DNA of 64,000 nucleotides from Dictyostelium discoideum (Eukaryota): NCBI GenBank assembly GCA_000004695.1, contig CM000152.2, positions 992,001-1,056,000 of the forward strand. The letters are read 5' to 3'. Each line of letters begins with the position of its first letter. The stretch's first letter is position 1. This document shows positions 1 through 11,764 of this stretch, in pieces. The notes under the pieces are model-generated. The model was given only the letters and a program-made list of their open reading frames with translations. It made no database searches and was not told the origin of the DNA. Both the position numbers and the translations under genes were made by a program.

Positions 1-173
1 AATCAAATAATTTTCGATTTCTTTAAATTGGTTTTCTCTATCTTTTAATGGGAGATCAATACTACTATCAATTGATTTAGTTTCAACCATATTTTGCATT
101 AATTTATGTAACTCTTCTAAATCTATAAGTTTTATTAGAGGATTTAAATAATTATTAGTATTTCTAATTAGAA

Positions 174-425
174 TTAATTTTTAATGATGTTAAATGAAAT
201 ACTTTGAGCTGGCTTTCTTTTTATGAAAAAATTGAATTTAGTTTCTGTAGGTGGAATTGGAGCTTCAATATGTGTTATGGTAGGTAATAAACTAAGCTTG
301 TGATGAGGGTGATCTATTATGCATTTTTCGCATAATAAAATCTTACACTGTTTACAATATAAAAGTATATCATTTTCTATAAATTGACAATTATGTTTAT
401 ATGTACTTATATCATCATTTAACAT
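174..425 (-). CDS. ORF or exon encoding a B-box-like zinc-finger motif; full gene structure unresolved
   Basis: 83-aa ORF carrying C-x2-C-x7-C-x2-C-x4-H-x2-H spacing (CKQCKILLCEKCIIDHPHH), a pattern typical of B-box/RING-like Zn binding. Flanked by poly-A/T. No confident upstream exons found. Confidence 0.3.
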   Translation of the reverse strand: MLNDDISTYKHNCQFIENDILLYCKQCKILLCEKCIIDHPHHKLSLLPTITHIEAPIPPTETKFNFFIKRKPAQSISFNIIKN

Positions 426-1474
426 TTTATTTGAAAAAAAAAAAAAAAAGAGTGTACTATAAAATAAAAAAATGGGTGTGATATAAAATTTATAGTTTTT
501 CTGAATAAAAGAAAAAAAAAAAAAAAAAAAATAGTAAATTTTATGTCTTTTTTTTTTTTTTTTTTTTTACTTTTTTTGGGTTTTTTTTTTTTTTTTTTTT
601 TTTTGGAGGGGAATTATTTTTGAAAAACCAGTTTTAAATGATAATAAAACTATTTATTCATCAAATCTTTCTATAAATCCAAATTAAAACTTTTTTAGTT
701 TGTTCTTTAAAATCTAATGGTACTTCCATAACAGTTCTAGATATACCAACAAATCTTCTTCTCTTTCTAAAATTAATCCAATCACCTAATAAAATTCCCT
801 CCAAATTTACAAATTCACCATATGGAAATGAAAATGTTATTAAAACAAGTCATAATTTAATGGACGATTTGGATTATCTTTTAAAATTAATAATGTGGAT
901 TTATTCTTTTCAATTGGATGTCATCATAACTCTATGATAATTATTTTCTTTTGTTTTAATTAATTTATTTCCAAATATTGGTAGTTGGTTTGATTAAAAA
1001 ATAAGAATCAAATTCATAATGTAAACCATATAAAAATGACCAAATATTAAATAAACAAAATAATTTCTTTCAACAACACCAATTAATTCTACCATTTTCA
1101 TTTTCATTTTCATTTTGAATTGTTGATGTTAAATTTTGTATTGGTGGTGTTGAATACATAATATTTGTTTGTTTTAGTTTTGATTTTAAAGGTGGTGAAT
1201 GTTTTTAAATAAAAAATGTTTTGTTGTTTCATTTAATTGATGTTTCTTCTTAAGATGTACCACCAGTTTGGTTGGAATATGAATAAAAAAAGGTTTTCTA
1301 ATATTAGAAAATCGATTTAAAGTTTTATTATTTTCCCAATTATTATTATTAATAGTATTTTTAATATATATAAATGTTATGAAAAACATTATCAATTTCA
1401 TATAAAAATACAAGTTTATTTATTATTTGTAACAAATCATCATCTCCATATTTGTGTTTAAATATATGAACAAA

Positions 1475-1510
<36 letters not shown>

Positions 1511-1619
1511 ATTTACTAATTTTTAAGTAAAATACAGTTTATACTATTTGTTATTTGTTATTTATTAATTGAGCATTTTCTAAAATTACTCGAGAGTTTT
1601 TAAAATATAAATAAATATT

Positions 1620-2899
1620 TTATAAAGAAATGTTTTCTAATCCTTTATAGAGATTTAAATCTGGTGAAATAAAATCACCTATATCATGTGCGCCAAATGA
1701 TACTCTATGCCATAACTTTCCAAAAAATAAATGGATGTTATTGGAATGGTAAATGATAAGTTTACCTTTAAAATCTTCAAGATGAGATGGATTTACTTTG
1801 AGATTAGTGATTATTATTGGTAAAATATATGCTTCCTTGTAATGCTTTTCTAAATTAATACAATTTTCATAAATGTTTTCTATAGCTTCTTTACCAAGAT
1901 AGGAACCACATGATGAAAATTTAGTATTAATAACAACCATTTTATACTTTTTACCAATATGATCATTTGGCAATTCGAAACAAATTCTTATATCGAAGTT
2001 TGTATTTCCACTAGCTAATAAATTAACCGGTTTGATGTTATTCGAAGAAATATATACGGTGTTAGCTTCAGTTTTTGCTGAGCCAAATTTTATTGCCTTT
2101 TGTGAATCTGAGATTTCAAATTTATCGTTGGATCTAAATACATTCTGAAAATGTTAATAAAATTTTCAATACTATAAAAAAGTATAATAAAATATGTTTC
2201 TGATATCTTACCTATATAACCATTTGGAGGTATGTTGATATAATATAACATTACCTATCTTTACTTCGATAAGTGCTAATTCATGACTAATGTCATTATC
2301 CAATGGAAAAAATTTGAAATTGTATTATTGCTACTTTCGACAAAGGTGTTGATTTTGTTGAGGATAAGAATTGCTGTATTTTCTTCAAATGGAGTAGATT
2401 TAGTATAATCGATTAAAGGGAATTTTGTTAATTTTTCTAAATGTGATATTTTTAATTTTTGTGCAATTTTATAAAGACCAAAAATTGGTACAAATATGAC
2501 ATTTCCTTCAACCGCTTCGTCATATTGAAGGAATAAGTGGCCAGTGTACGACCAATATTCTATGGTTTTGTCGCATACTATGGTGCTCCAACTTACTGGT
2601 ATCCTGCAAATAGAGAGATATAAAATAGTTTCCCAGAATTTATTATCTACTATTTTAACAGATTGAACTTTTTTAACCAACTCTATTCCAAGACCACTGA
2701 TGAAAGATGGAATGTCTATATCGTCTTTTTCAATGTTTTTCATTAATTCTAAATCCAATAACCACTCAAGGTATCTTGGAATTACACCAAGATCTCTAAT
2801 AAATATGATAAATAATTTATCTTCTAATATTGTGGTGGTTGGTTTATTCTGGAGTATTGGTATTAAATCTATGCTTGATAATTTATTTACAAGATTCAT
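1620..2899 (-). CDS. Hypothetical protein, probably two exons (about 2288..2899 and 1620..2144); no family recognised
   Basis: ATG at 2899 opens a 207-aa ORF. Downstream, an in-frame ORF reaches acceptor cattttcag|AAT at 2144/2145 and continues to the stop at 1620 (ORF track shows only the TTG-started part). The second ORF has no ATG near its 5' end, so the two are joined. The only in-phase donor is the weak GTCATG at 2287, which leaves the junction uncertain. Confidence 0.4.
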
Positions 2900-3254
2900 A
2901 GCTTAATGGTGTTAAAGTAATTGATTTATAAGTCCACTGTGAGAGATGAATTTCTTGTTGTAAAATTGTTAGGATCTAGCGATTTTTTTTTTTTTTTATT
3001 TTTTTTTTTTATTTTTTTTTCTTTATTTATTTATTATTTTTAATTTTTTTTTTTTATTATCATTATTATTTTTATTTTTATTATTATTATTATGGTATAA
3101 TGATTTAACAAATTTTTTTATTTTTTATTTTTATTTTTTTTTATTATATATTAATATTTATATTATTTTTATTATTTTTTTTTTTTATTTTTTATTTTTT
3201 ATTTTTTTTTAATTTCAAAATTTTTTTAAAAAACGAATAAATGAAAATTATAAT

Positions 3255-4064
3255 ATGATAACCTCATATGTATTCTCGAGAATTATAATAAAAGGAAATA
3301 CAAGTAAAATTGTAAATTCTTTTTTATTTTCAAATAAATGTAATAATAATAATAATAATAGTTTTTTGAATAATGAAAATAAAAGTAATAGTTTTATTGG
3401 AAAATTTCTTTATCAGACGAAATCATTTTACACAACAAATAAAGACGATAATGAAAAAGTAAAAAGTAAAATAAAGAAATCAAAAAAATTAAATAACATA
3501 AATGGTACTAGTATAAAAGATGAAGAAAAAAAGAAATTAAAAGGTGCTAAAATAAAAAATCAATTTGAATCTCAATTTACTGATCCAACCATTTTCAATG
3601 AATGTAGTAATAATAATAATAATGATGATGACAATGATGAAGCAGGATATCAATTTATTACAGTTCCAACTAAATTTAAAGAGTATAATAGCAATGAAGA
3701 AGAAAATGGTGGAATAAAAGAAGATGAAGGAAAAGAAGAAGAAGATGATGAAAAAGAAGTTACTGATATTAAAGATTTAAAGAAACCTATTCCACCAACA
3801 AATTTATGTTGTGGTAGTGGTTGTGGTTCATCTTGTGTTTGGGAAGTTTATTTCAATGAAATGGATGAATATAATAAAAAATTAAAAAAAATAGATCCAA
3901 ATGCAAAAGAGTTACCACCCGATACTTCTGATGATAATGAAGATCCTATGCAATATTTCTTAAAGATGGAAAGATATAATTCAATGCTACAAAATAAGAG
4001 AGAAGAAAAACAAGAAAAAGAAAGAGAAAAAGAAAGAGAAAAAGAAAGAGGAAAAAATAATTAA
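3255..4064 (+). CDS. OXLD1-like protein (oxidoreductase-like N-terminal domain), Asn/Lys/Glu-rich
   Basis: Motif PPTNLCCGSGCGSSCVWEVYFNEM matches the conserved CC-x-SGC-x-x-CVW core of the 'oxidoreductase-like, N-terminal' domain (human OXLD1). Single exon, 269 aa, with a C-terminal (KERE)n repeat. Confidence 0.55.
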   Translation: MITSYVFSRIIIKGNTSKIVNSFLFSNKCNNNNNNSFLNNENKSNSFIGKFLYQTKSFYTTNKDDNEKVKSKIKKSKKLNNINGTSIKDEEKKKLKGAKIKNQFESQFTDPTIFNECSNNNNNDDDNDEAGYQFITVPTKFKEYNSNEEENGGIKEDEGKEEEDDEKEVTDIKDLKKPIPPTNLCCGSGCGSSCVWEVYFNEMDEYNKKLKKIDPNAKELPPDTSDDNEDPMQYFLKMERYNSMLQNKREEKQEKEREKEREKERGKNN

Positions 4065-4508
4065 TAAAGATGACAAATAAAACTAAATATAATATAAACC
4101 CCCATATAAATTAAATTGTGTAAAACATCACCACTATTTTTTATTTTATTTTATTTTTTATTTTTATTTTTAAATTTATCCAAAAATCTTTAATTACTTG
4201 GTATAAATCATTTTTATCCAAAAGTATTGAAATTGTAATTTTTTTTTTTTTCTTTTTTTTTTTATAATATTATGTACTTTATTCTAAAAACACCATTTAA
4301 ATACTAATTTAGTAATGAAATAGCGTCATGTGTTTCTTAAAACAAAAAATAAAAATAAAAAATAAATTAAAATTAAAAAATTAAAAAATTTAATTTTTTT
4401 TCATTTTGGTATTTTTTTTTTTTTTTTTTTTACAATTGTCAAATCTCTTTTTTTTTTTTTATAAACTATAATTTTAACAAATCAAATTAATTAAATAGAT
4501 CAAATAAA

Positions 4509-5466
4509 ATGACAGTGGATGTAAAAAAAGTAATAAATCATAAGATTAAACCAATCGAATATAATCTTACAAGAAAAGATGTTGCATTGTATGCAATTAG
4601 TTTAGGATGTGGTAAAAAACATTTAAAATTTGTTTATGAAGGTTCAGATAATTTCTCTGCTTTACCAACATTGGGTGTTATATTTCCTGGCCAAATGATT
4701 GTTGTAAGTTATTACTATTATTTATTATTTATTATTATTTATTATTTATTATTTATTAATTATTAATTATAAATTAAAAATAGGATGTAATTTCAGAAGG
4801 TATTGATGGAATAGAATTTGATCCAATGATGTTATTACATGGTGAACAAGAATTAGAGATTTTAAATGAGATACCAGTTGAAGGAGTATTTGTAACAGAA
4901 TCAAAGATTACCAATCTCTATGATAAAGGTAAAGGAGCATTATTGATATTACAATGTATTACCTCTGAAAAGTCAAGTGGTAAACCAATATTCAAGAATA
5001 TATTTTCATTCTTTATTAGAGGTATTGGTGGTTTTGGTGGTGATCGTGGTCCAAATGAAAAACCAATTCAAATTCCAAAAGATAGAGCACCAGATGCAAT
5101 CAGTAAACAAGCCACCTCTGAAGATCAAGCTGTCATTTATCGTTTGGCTGGTGGTGATTTAAATCCATTACATATCGATCCAGAAATGAGTAAAATCGGT
5201 GGTTTTGAAGTACCAATTTTACATGGTCTTTGTACTTATGGTATTGCTTCAAGAGGTGTTTTAGAACACTTTTGTGATAATGATCCAAGTAGATTAAAAT
5301 CAATTAAAACTAGATTCACTAAACATGTTTATCCTGGTGAAACTATTGAAACTGAAATGTGGAAAATCAATCCAACAACAATCTTATTCCAATCTAAAAC
5401 AAATAGAGATGGTAGTTATGTTTTAAGTTCTGGTGTTGCTATAATTGAACCAATTAAAAAAGGTTC

Positions 5467-5473
<7 letters not shown>
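4509..5473 (+). CDS. mfeB: (R)-specific enoyl-CoA hydratase 2, MaoC-like hot-dog fold (hydratase domain of peroxisomal multifunctional enzyme 2). Exons 4509..4703 and 4784..5473, 294 aa
   Basis: Exon 1 ends ...PGQMIV before the GTAAGT donor at 4704. The acceptor is aaaaatag|GAT at 4783/4784, phase 0. The product contains LPTLGVIFPGQ ... LHGEQELEIL ... YRLAGGDLNPLHIDPEMSKIGGFEVPILHGLCTYGIASRGV, the hallmark hydratase-2 (MaoC) signature. The predicted length of 294 aa fits a stand-alone hydratase-2. Confidence 0.8.
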
Positions 5474-5509
<36 letters not shown>

Positions 5510-5977
5510 AAAAAATAATAATAATAATAATAAAATTTTAAAGTGTAATAATAATTAATAATTAATAATTATAATTATTGATATGTATAAACTCTTTTTT
5601 ATTTTTTTTTTTATTTTTTATTTTTTTTTTTTTTCATACAGATATTAATATCTTAAAATCAAACACATAAAAAAAAAAAAAAAAAAATGAAAAATTAACT
5701 ATTTTCGACAATTAATAATTAAATCTGGCCTCTTTTTTTTTAAAAAATATTAGCCCCCAATTGAAATTGTCAAATTTAATTAATAATATTTTGATATTCC
5801 ATTTATAGGAATGTAATAACAATTAATTTTAAATTTGTTAAAAATGATGATTGGAAAAATAAGAAATAAAAAAAACTATAAAAAAAAAACTATAAAAACA
5901 AAGAAAAAAAAAAAAAAATATTCATTCATTCATTAAATAATAAAAGAAAAAAAAAAAAAAAAAAAAAGATAATTAAA

Positions 5978-6583
5978 ATGAAATTAATATTTTTGGTTTT
6001 AGGTTTAATTTTAACCTTAGGTTTAGCATCTGCTCATCATAGAAATAGACATTCTCATGGTAATTATGATAATAATAATTATAATAATTATCATAATGGT
6101 GGTGAAATTGAAGTTCAAGAAGTTGCTGTTGAAAGTCAAATTGTTGTTGAAGATTATTCATATCATCCATATCAATGCGGTCCATACAATAGATGTAAAT
6201 TAGGTGAAGTTTGTCAAAGAATTGGTGACCATTGTCAATGTTTACCAATTCCATCATACAAGGATATTTGTTTATCTGTAAAGCAAATTGGTGTATGGCA
6301 AGATGGTCAGCGTGGAGGTAAAACCTATTCACAATGGGATATCACAATTGAAAATCATAGTAATAAAAATATTAGAGAAATTTTCATTGGGACTGATTAT
6401 ACTTTTAGATTACGTGATAATTCTTTAAATTCTCTTTGGAATATGGTTATGTTACCAAAAGGAATACTTGCTTTACCATCCGTTCAAAACTCAATTAATG
6501 CTCATGCATCTTATACTTTTGGTTTTATTATTGACGGTCCTCAATCACCAAATCTTCATATTTTAAGTGTATTATTCCAATAA
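5978..6583 (+). CDS. Secreted protein: signal peptide, Cys-rich N-module, and a ~110-aa C-terminal beta-sandwich-like domain (possible CBM49-like carbohydrate-binding domain). Paralog of 46088..46630
   Basis: N-terminal MKLIFLVLGLILTLGLASA signal peptide. Motif YHPYQCGPYNRCKLGEVCQRIGDHCQC, then WQDGQRGGKTYSQWDITIENHSNKNIREIFIGTD...LWNMVMLPKGILALP...SYTFGFII. About 60% identical to the ORF at 46088..46630. Confidence 0.7.
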   Translation: MKLIFLVLGLILTLGLASAHHRNRHSHGNYDNNNYNNYHNGGEIEVQEVAVESQIVVEDYSYHPYQCGPYNRCKLGEVCQRIGDHCQCLPIPSYKDICLSVKQIGVWQDGQRGGKTYSQWDITIENHSNKNIREIFIGTDYTFRLRDNSLNSLWNMVMLPKGILALPSVQNSINAHASYTFGFIIDGPQSPNLHILSVLFQ

Positions 6584-7217
6584 TTAAAAAATTAAAATAA
6601 TAATAATTCAATTTTTGTTATTTTTTAAAAAAAAAAAAAAAAAATTTTAAATTTATTTAAATAAATTATATATTTCTTTATCCCTGTTTTCAAAATTTTT
6701 AAATTTTTTTTTAATTAACCTTTTTTTTTATTCGTTTAAATTTAAATTTACAACACATTAAAAAACTTGGATATTTCTTTTTTTAATATATTTTTATAGA
6801 GATATTTACAATTATTTTTATCTGGATTATATATCTGCTCACTTCATATCTAATTTGGAAAGAAAATTTTAATTTGTAATAATTTACATCTACTAAAAAT
6901 TTGTATACATATATTTTATAATTTCAACACAAACCCCATAATAATTTGAATTTCGGGGTAATTTTTTTATTTTTTATCAAAAAGTGTGAAATTTGGGGTA
7001 TGAATTGAAAATTAAATTTAATTTATAACTTTTAAATTAAATTAAATTAAATTAATAACCTATAAAAAAAAAATAAAATAAAAAAAAAGAGTATAAATAA
7101 AAATAATTCCGATTTTTTAAAATTAAAAAAAAAAAAAAAAAAAAAAGTTTTATTATTAAAAAAAATAAAAGTTGTTTAGAAAAGTAAAAAAAAAAATATC
7201 ATCAAAAAATTTAAAAA

Positions 7218-7415
7218 ATGAAATCAATTCTCTCAATTTTATTTGCATTATTATTAATTGTTGCTGTTTCAATGGGTAATAATTTAGAAAATGAAGAATT
7301 TTACAACATGGAAATTGCTGATGCTGTTTATCCACTATGTAAAAACGGAAAATGTCCAAAAGGTTCTATTTGTATTGACGTCAGAGATACAAAAATATGT
7401 TTCCCAAATCAATAA
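7218..7415 (+). CDS. Small secreted 4-Cys protein (65 aa), member of a tandem pair
   Basis: Signal peptide MKSILSILFALLLIVAVSMG, then C-KNGKC-x5-C-x9-C-FP. Shares the pattern C-x-KGKC...C...(R)D-x-KICFP with the gene at 8143. Confidence 0.55.
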   Translation: MKSILSILFALLLIVAVSMGNNLENEEFYNMEIADAVYPLCKNGKCPKGSICIDVRDTKICFPNQ

Positions 7416-7600
7416 TTTTTAAAAAAAAACTATATTTTTTAATAAAACTAGTTTATTTAAAAAAAAAAAAAAGTTAATAGTTTAAATTTTATTTTATTTT
7501 AATTTATATAAAATGAGAAAATATTTCTTTTAAAATACTCTAATATTTTTTTAATATACAATTAATTAATTATTGTTAGATAAAAAATATTTAATAATTA

Positions 7601-7643
<43 letters not shown>

Positions 7644-7924
7644 TATCACTTTGTTTTTATCATTCCAAAAAAAAAAATTTAATATGGAACCACACAATTG
7701 TAAATACACCACCCAAAAAGAACAGAAATAGTTATTATTTATTTCAATGTGTGAGTATTAAATTTTTGAATATTATTTGTTTTTATTTTTTTTTTTTTTT
7801 TTTTGGTGTGTGATTGTTGAAGTGGTGGTTGTTGTAAATACAAAAAATATTTGTAAAATAAATATTCAATTTATTCGCACTCATATTTCATATTGCGATA
7901 ACTTATTTTTTTTATTTAATAAAA

Positions 7925-7961
<37 letters not shown>

Positions 7962-8142
7962 AATTATAATTTTTTTTTTTTTTATTTTTTTTTTTTTTTT
8001 TATATATAATTTTTTTTTTTTTTTATAAATTATTGATATATATAATTAATACATTTATCATTTATAATTTTTTTTTTTGTTTATTTGTTTATTTTTTATT
8101 TTAACCACATTATATTATTATAATAATTATTTAAAAGAAAAA

Positions 8143-8757
8143 ATGAGAATTTTATATTCTTTGATTGCAATTTTATTAATAATTTCAGTTTCAATGGGAA
8201 ATGTTCAAGAAACTGAAGGAATTTATTCAAAATGTGTCAAGGGTAAATGTAAAACAAATGAAGTGTGTATTGGTCTAAGAGATGATAAGATTTGTTTCCC
8301 AAAGAGTTCAGTTGAAGCTCAACGTCATTTGGAAGCCAATAAAAAAGCTGAATCTAAACCAGCTTCTAAACCAGCAGGTAAACCAGTTTCAAGAGCTGCA
8401 AAACCATCTCAAAAAACAGCTGCCCAAAAACAAGCTGCCGCTAAACAAGCTGCTGCCAAAAAAGCTGCCGCCAAACATGATGCTGCCAAACACGATGCTG
8501 CCAAACACGATGCCGTTAAACAAGGTGCTGCTAAACAAGGTGCTGCTAAACAAAGTGGAAAAAATGCAGCCAAACCACATCAAGAAGTAAAACCAGTTCC
8601 AAGAGCTGCAAAGCCAGCTGTCCATAAACCAGCACAAAAAGTAACTAAACCAGAACCAAAACAAGCCAAACCAGTACCAAGACAAGCCAAACCTTTACCA
8701 AAACAAGCTGTAAAACCACAACAAAAAGTTAATCAAAAGGCTTCTCAAAAACACTAA
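8143..8757 (+). CDS. Small secreted 4-Cys domain protein with a long Lys/Ala/Pro/Gln-rich repetitive basic tail (205 aa)
   Basis: True ATG at 8143 (MRILYSLIAILLIISVSMG), in frame with the track ORF. Cys module CVKGKCKTNEVCIGLRDDKICFP. The tail consists of AAKQ/AAKHD/KPxxK repeats. Confidence 0.6.
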   Translation: MRILYSLIAILLIISVSMGNVQETEGIYSKCVKGKCKTNEVCIGLRDDKICFPKSSVEAQRHLEANKKAESKPASKPAGKPVSRAAKPSQKTAAQKQAAAKQAAAKKAAAKHDAAKHDAAKHDAVKQGAAKQGAAKQSGKNAAKPHQEVKPVPRAAKPAVHKPAQKVTKPEPKQAKPVPRQAKPLPKQAVKPQQKVNQKASQKH

Positions 8758-8911
8758 ATATTTAACATTAAGTTAATACTTCTATTTGAAAACATATTAA
8801 TAAATAAAAAAAAAAAAATAAAAAAAAAAAAATAGATTATTACATTTTAAATATATACACTAAAAATTTTATTTTTATTTTTATTTTTAATAATAATATG
8901 ATAAATTGAAT

Positions 8912-9707
8912 TTAATCATATAAATCGGAATCATTTTGATCACTTGAATAATCAATGATATCACCATCATTATCATAACCAATATCATAACCAGAACAAG
9001 TACCAACAGTGTAATCAGAATCACCACTAAATAAACCACCGCTAGTTGATAATGATAATTTTGCAGTTACAGCATTATTTAAATTTGTTATTGAGGATGA
9101 AGATGTTGATAAATCTAATTTACCATTATTTTGATTTTGATTTTGATTTTGATTTTGAATTTGGTTTTGATTTTGTTGTAATGGTACTAAGAATTTTGGT
9201 ATATTTGCAATTGGTAAATTTTGAATTATTGTTAAGATTTGATCAAACGAGGGTCTATTATTTGGATTTTGATCCCAACAAATTTGAATTAAATTTGACC
9301 ATCTATGATCAATAGTTTGAGGTAATGGAGGTCTTTCAGCATTTGCAATTTTAAAAGAGGCAGCTATTTGTTCATAATCATGAAATGGTACTCTTCTAGT
9401 GAACATTTCATATAGAATCATACCAAAACCAAATACATCAACTTTTTCACTATACTTTTGACCTTTGGTCACCTCTGGTGATCTAAATCTTGGATTACCA
9501 ATTGATGTCATAGTTTTATCACCAATATCATTCTTAAATCTTGATATACCAAAATCTGCAATCTTTGCAATACCATTTCTATCAATTAATATATTTTGTG
9601 ATGTTAAATCTCTATGAATAATTTGTGGTTTCAAACTATGTAAATAGTTCATACCATTTGCAATATTTAATGATAATGTATTAATTGATGGTAATGATTG
9701 AATTATA

Positions 9708-9740
<33 letters not shown>

Positions 9741-10312
9741 GCACCAGCACCACCAATTGGTATAGTATTTAAAATTGTATACAAACTACCATTATCACAA
9801 AATTCTAATACTAATAATAATTCTTTTTCTTCTATACAAGTTGCATATAATTTTACAAAACTTGAGAAATTTGATAATTTAACCATCAAGACTGCTTCCA
9901 ATATAAATTTATCTCTAATCCATTGATAGGATTTACCAGATTCCAAGATTTTTTCAATTTTTACTCTTTTAACAGCAACATTTTTATTTCTCCATTCCAC
10001 TAAATATACATCACCAAATGCTCCAGCACCAATCTTTCTAGCGGTTTTAAAATTAAATTCCTCTTTACCAACTATATAACCTTCATATTTTAATAACTCA
10101 ATTGCGATTGTAAAATGATTATTTAAAACTAATAAATCAATTGGTGTATTATTCTCTTTATCTGGTATTTGAATTGATTGTTGTTGTGTATTACCACCAT
10201 TTGAAATTCTTAATCCACCAACACTACTACTATTTGAATTTGTAAGATTATTAGAATTATTTTGTATTGTTGTTGCTGTCGTTGTTGTTATTGCTGTGGT
10301 TGTTGTTGTTGT

Positions 10313-10349
<37 letters not shown>

Positions 10350-11057
10350 GAAGGTAATAATGTGGTAGAATTCATTTTTGAATATAGTTCTAAAAAATAT
10401 CTAATTAAATCAATATTACCATTAACACAAGCATTATGAATTGGGTATCTACCATTCAAATTATCAATTGATAATCTTGCACCAGAATTTAATAAAATTT
10501 TAGCCAATGATAAATTACCACTTAATGAAGCTAAATTCAGTGGTGTATTATTACTTTGATCCAATGCATTAATTGTTGAATCATCTATTAAACATTTTAC
10601 AACATCTACATGACCATTTAAAGAATGATAATGAATTGGTAACATTCCTTTATAATCCATATCATGAATATTACAACCCAATTGTAATAATAGTAATGTC
10701 ATCTCTCTAGTAGTTGAATAAAATAATGCTGATCTATTGGTAATTGGTAATTTACAATTTACATTGGTAATATTATACACGTTTGGTAAAATTGATAATA
10801 AAAATCTAACTAAACTACCACCACCAATAACTTTTACAATTGCAAAATAAATTGGATAAACTTTTAATATATTCTCATTAAATGGTGGCACCATTGTTGT
10901 TGTTGTTGTTGTTGTTGTTGACGTTGAAAATTGTAAACATTTATTCAAATTTATTAATTCATTTTGTGTTGGAATTTGTTGATTGAATTGTATATTATAA
11001 CTATTATTTGCTAATAATCTATTACTATTACTAATATTACTAATATTATTATTATTG

Positions 11058-11100
<43 letters not shown>

Positions 11101-11325
11101 AATTTATATTTGATAGAATAAAATTTAATAAAAATAATAAAATTTGATCTTGTGAATAAATGATTGAAAAACAAATGATTCTATCTAAGGTTGATAATTT
11201 TTCACCTCTTAAAATTGTTATAAATAAATCATTATTATCTAAATATCTATGTAAATTAAATTTACATTGAATTAAAAAATTTAATCTTTCTGATATTACA
11301 CTAAAATTATTTTTAATTAATTTAA

Positions 11326-11392
<67 letters not shown>

Positions 11393-11638
11393 ATTATTAT
11401 TATTATTAATTATATTAATCCAATTTGGATTTAATTTCACTTTAATTGATAATAATTTAAATATTTTAATATAAAGAAAAAGATAATTTTTATTTATTGT
11501 TGAATAAAAGTAATCATCCTTTATAATGTTTATATGAAATTCTCTATTTATTAATGATAATGAATAAATGTCATTATCATTTATATAATTATTTAAATAA
11601 AGTATTGCTAAACTTTCTATAATTTTATTATTTGACAT
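8912..11638 (-). CDS. Ankyrin-repeat-containing TKL-family protein kinase (908 aa, single exon)
   Basis: Kinase subdomains IGAGAFGDVYLVEWRNKNVAVK (Gly loop and VAVK), HRDLTSQNILID (catalytic loop), IADFGISRF (DFG), and SPE...DVFGFGMILYE. N-terminal ankyrin repeats (LPIHYHSLNGHVDVVKCLI, TPLNLASLSGNLSLAKILLNSGA, YPIHNACVNGNIDLIRYFL). Poly-Asn/Thr tracts. Confidence 0.85.
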
Positions 11639-11764
11639 TATTATTATTATTATTATTACATGTAATATAATTCCTTCCGATTGAAATAATGAAAAAATTA
11701 AAAAAATAAAAAAATAAAAAAAAAATAAAAAAAAAATAAAATTTTTTTTTTTTTTTTTTTTTTT

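Noticed and set aside
1186-1413. 75-aa minus-strand ORF (MYFYMKLIMFF...)
   Set aside because: Low-complexity AT-rich translation with no conserved motif and no splice context. May be UTR or intron of an unresolved minus-strand gene whose C-terminal exon seems to end near 661.
8282-8685. Overlapping and antisense ORFs inside the Lys/Ala-rich tail of the 8143..8757 gene
   Set aside because: Alternate-frame and antisense translations of a repetitive GC-richer coding repeat. No independent start context or signal.
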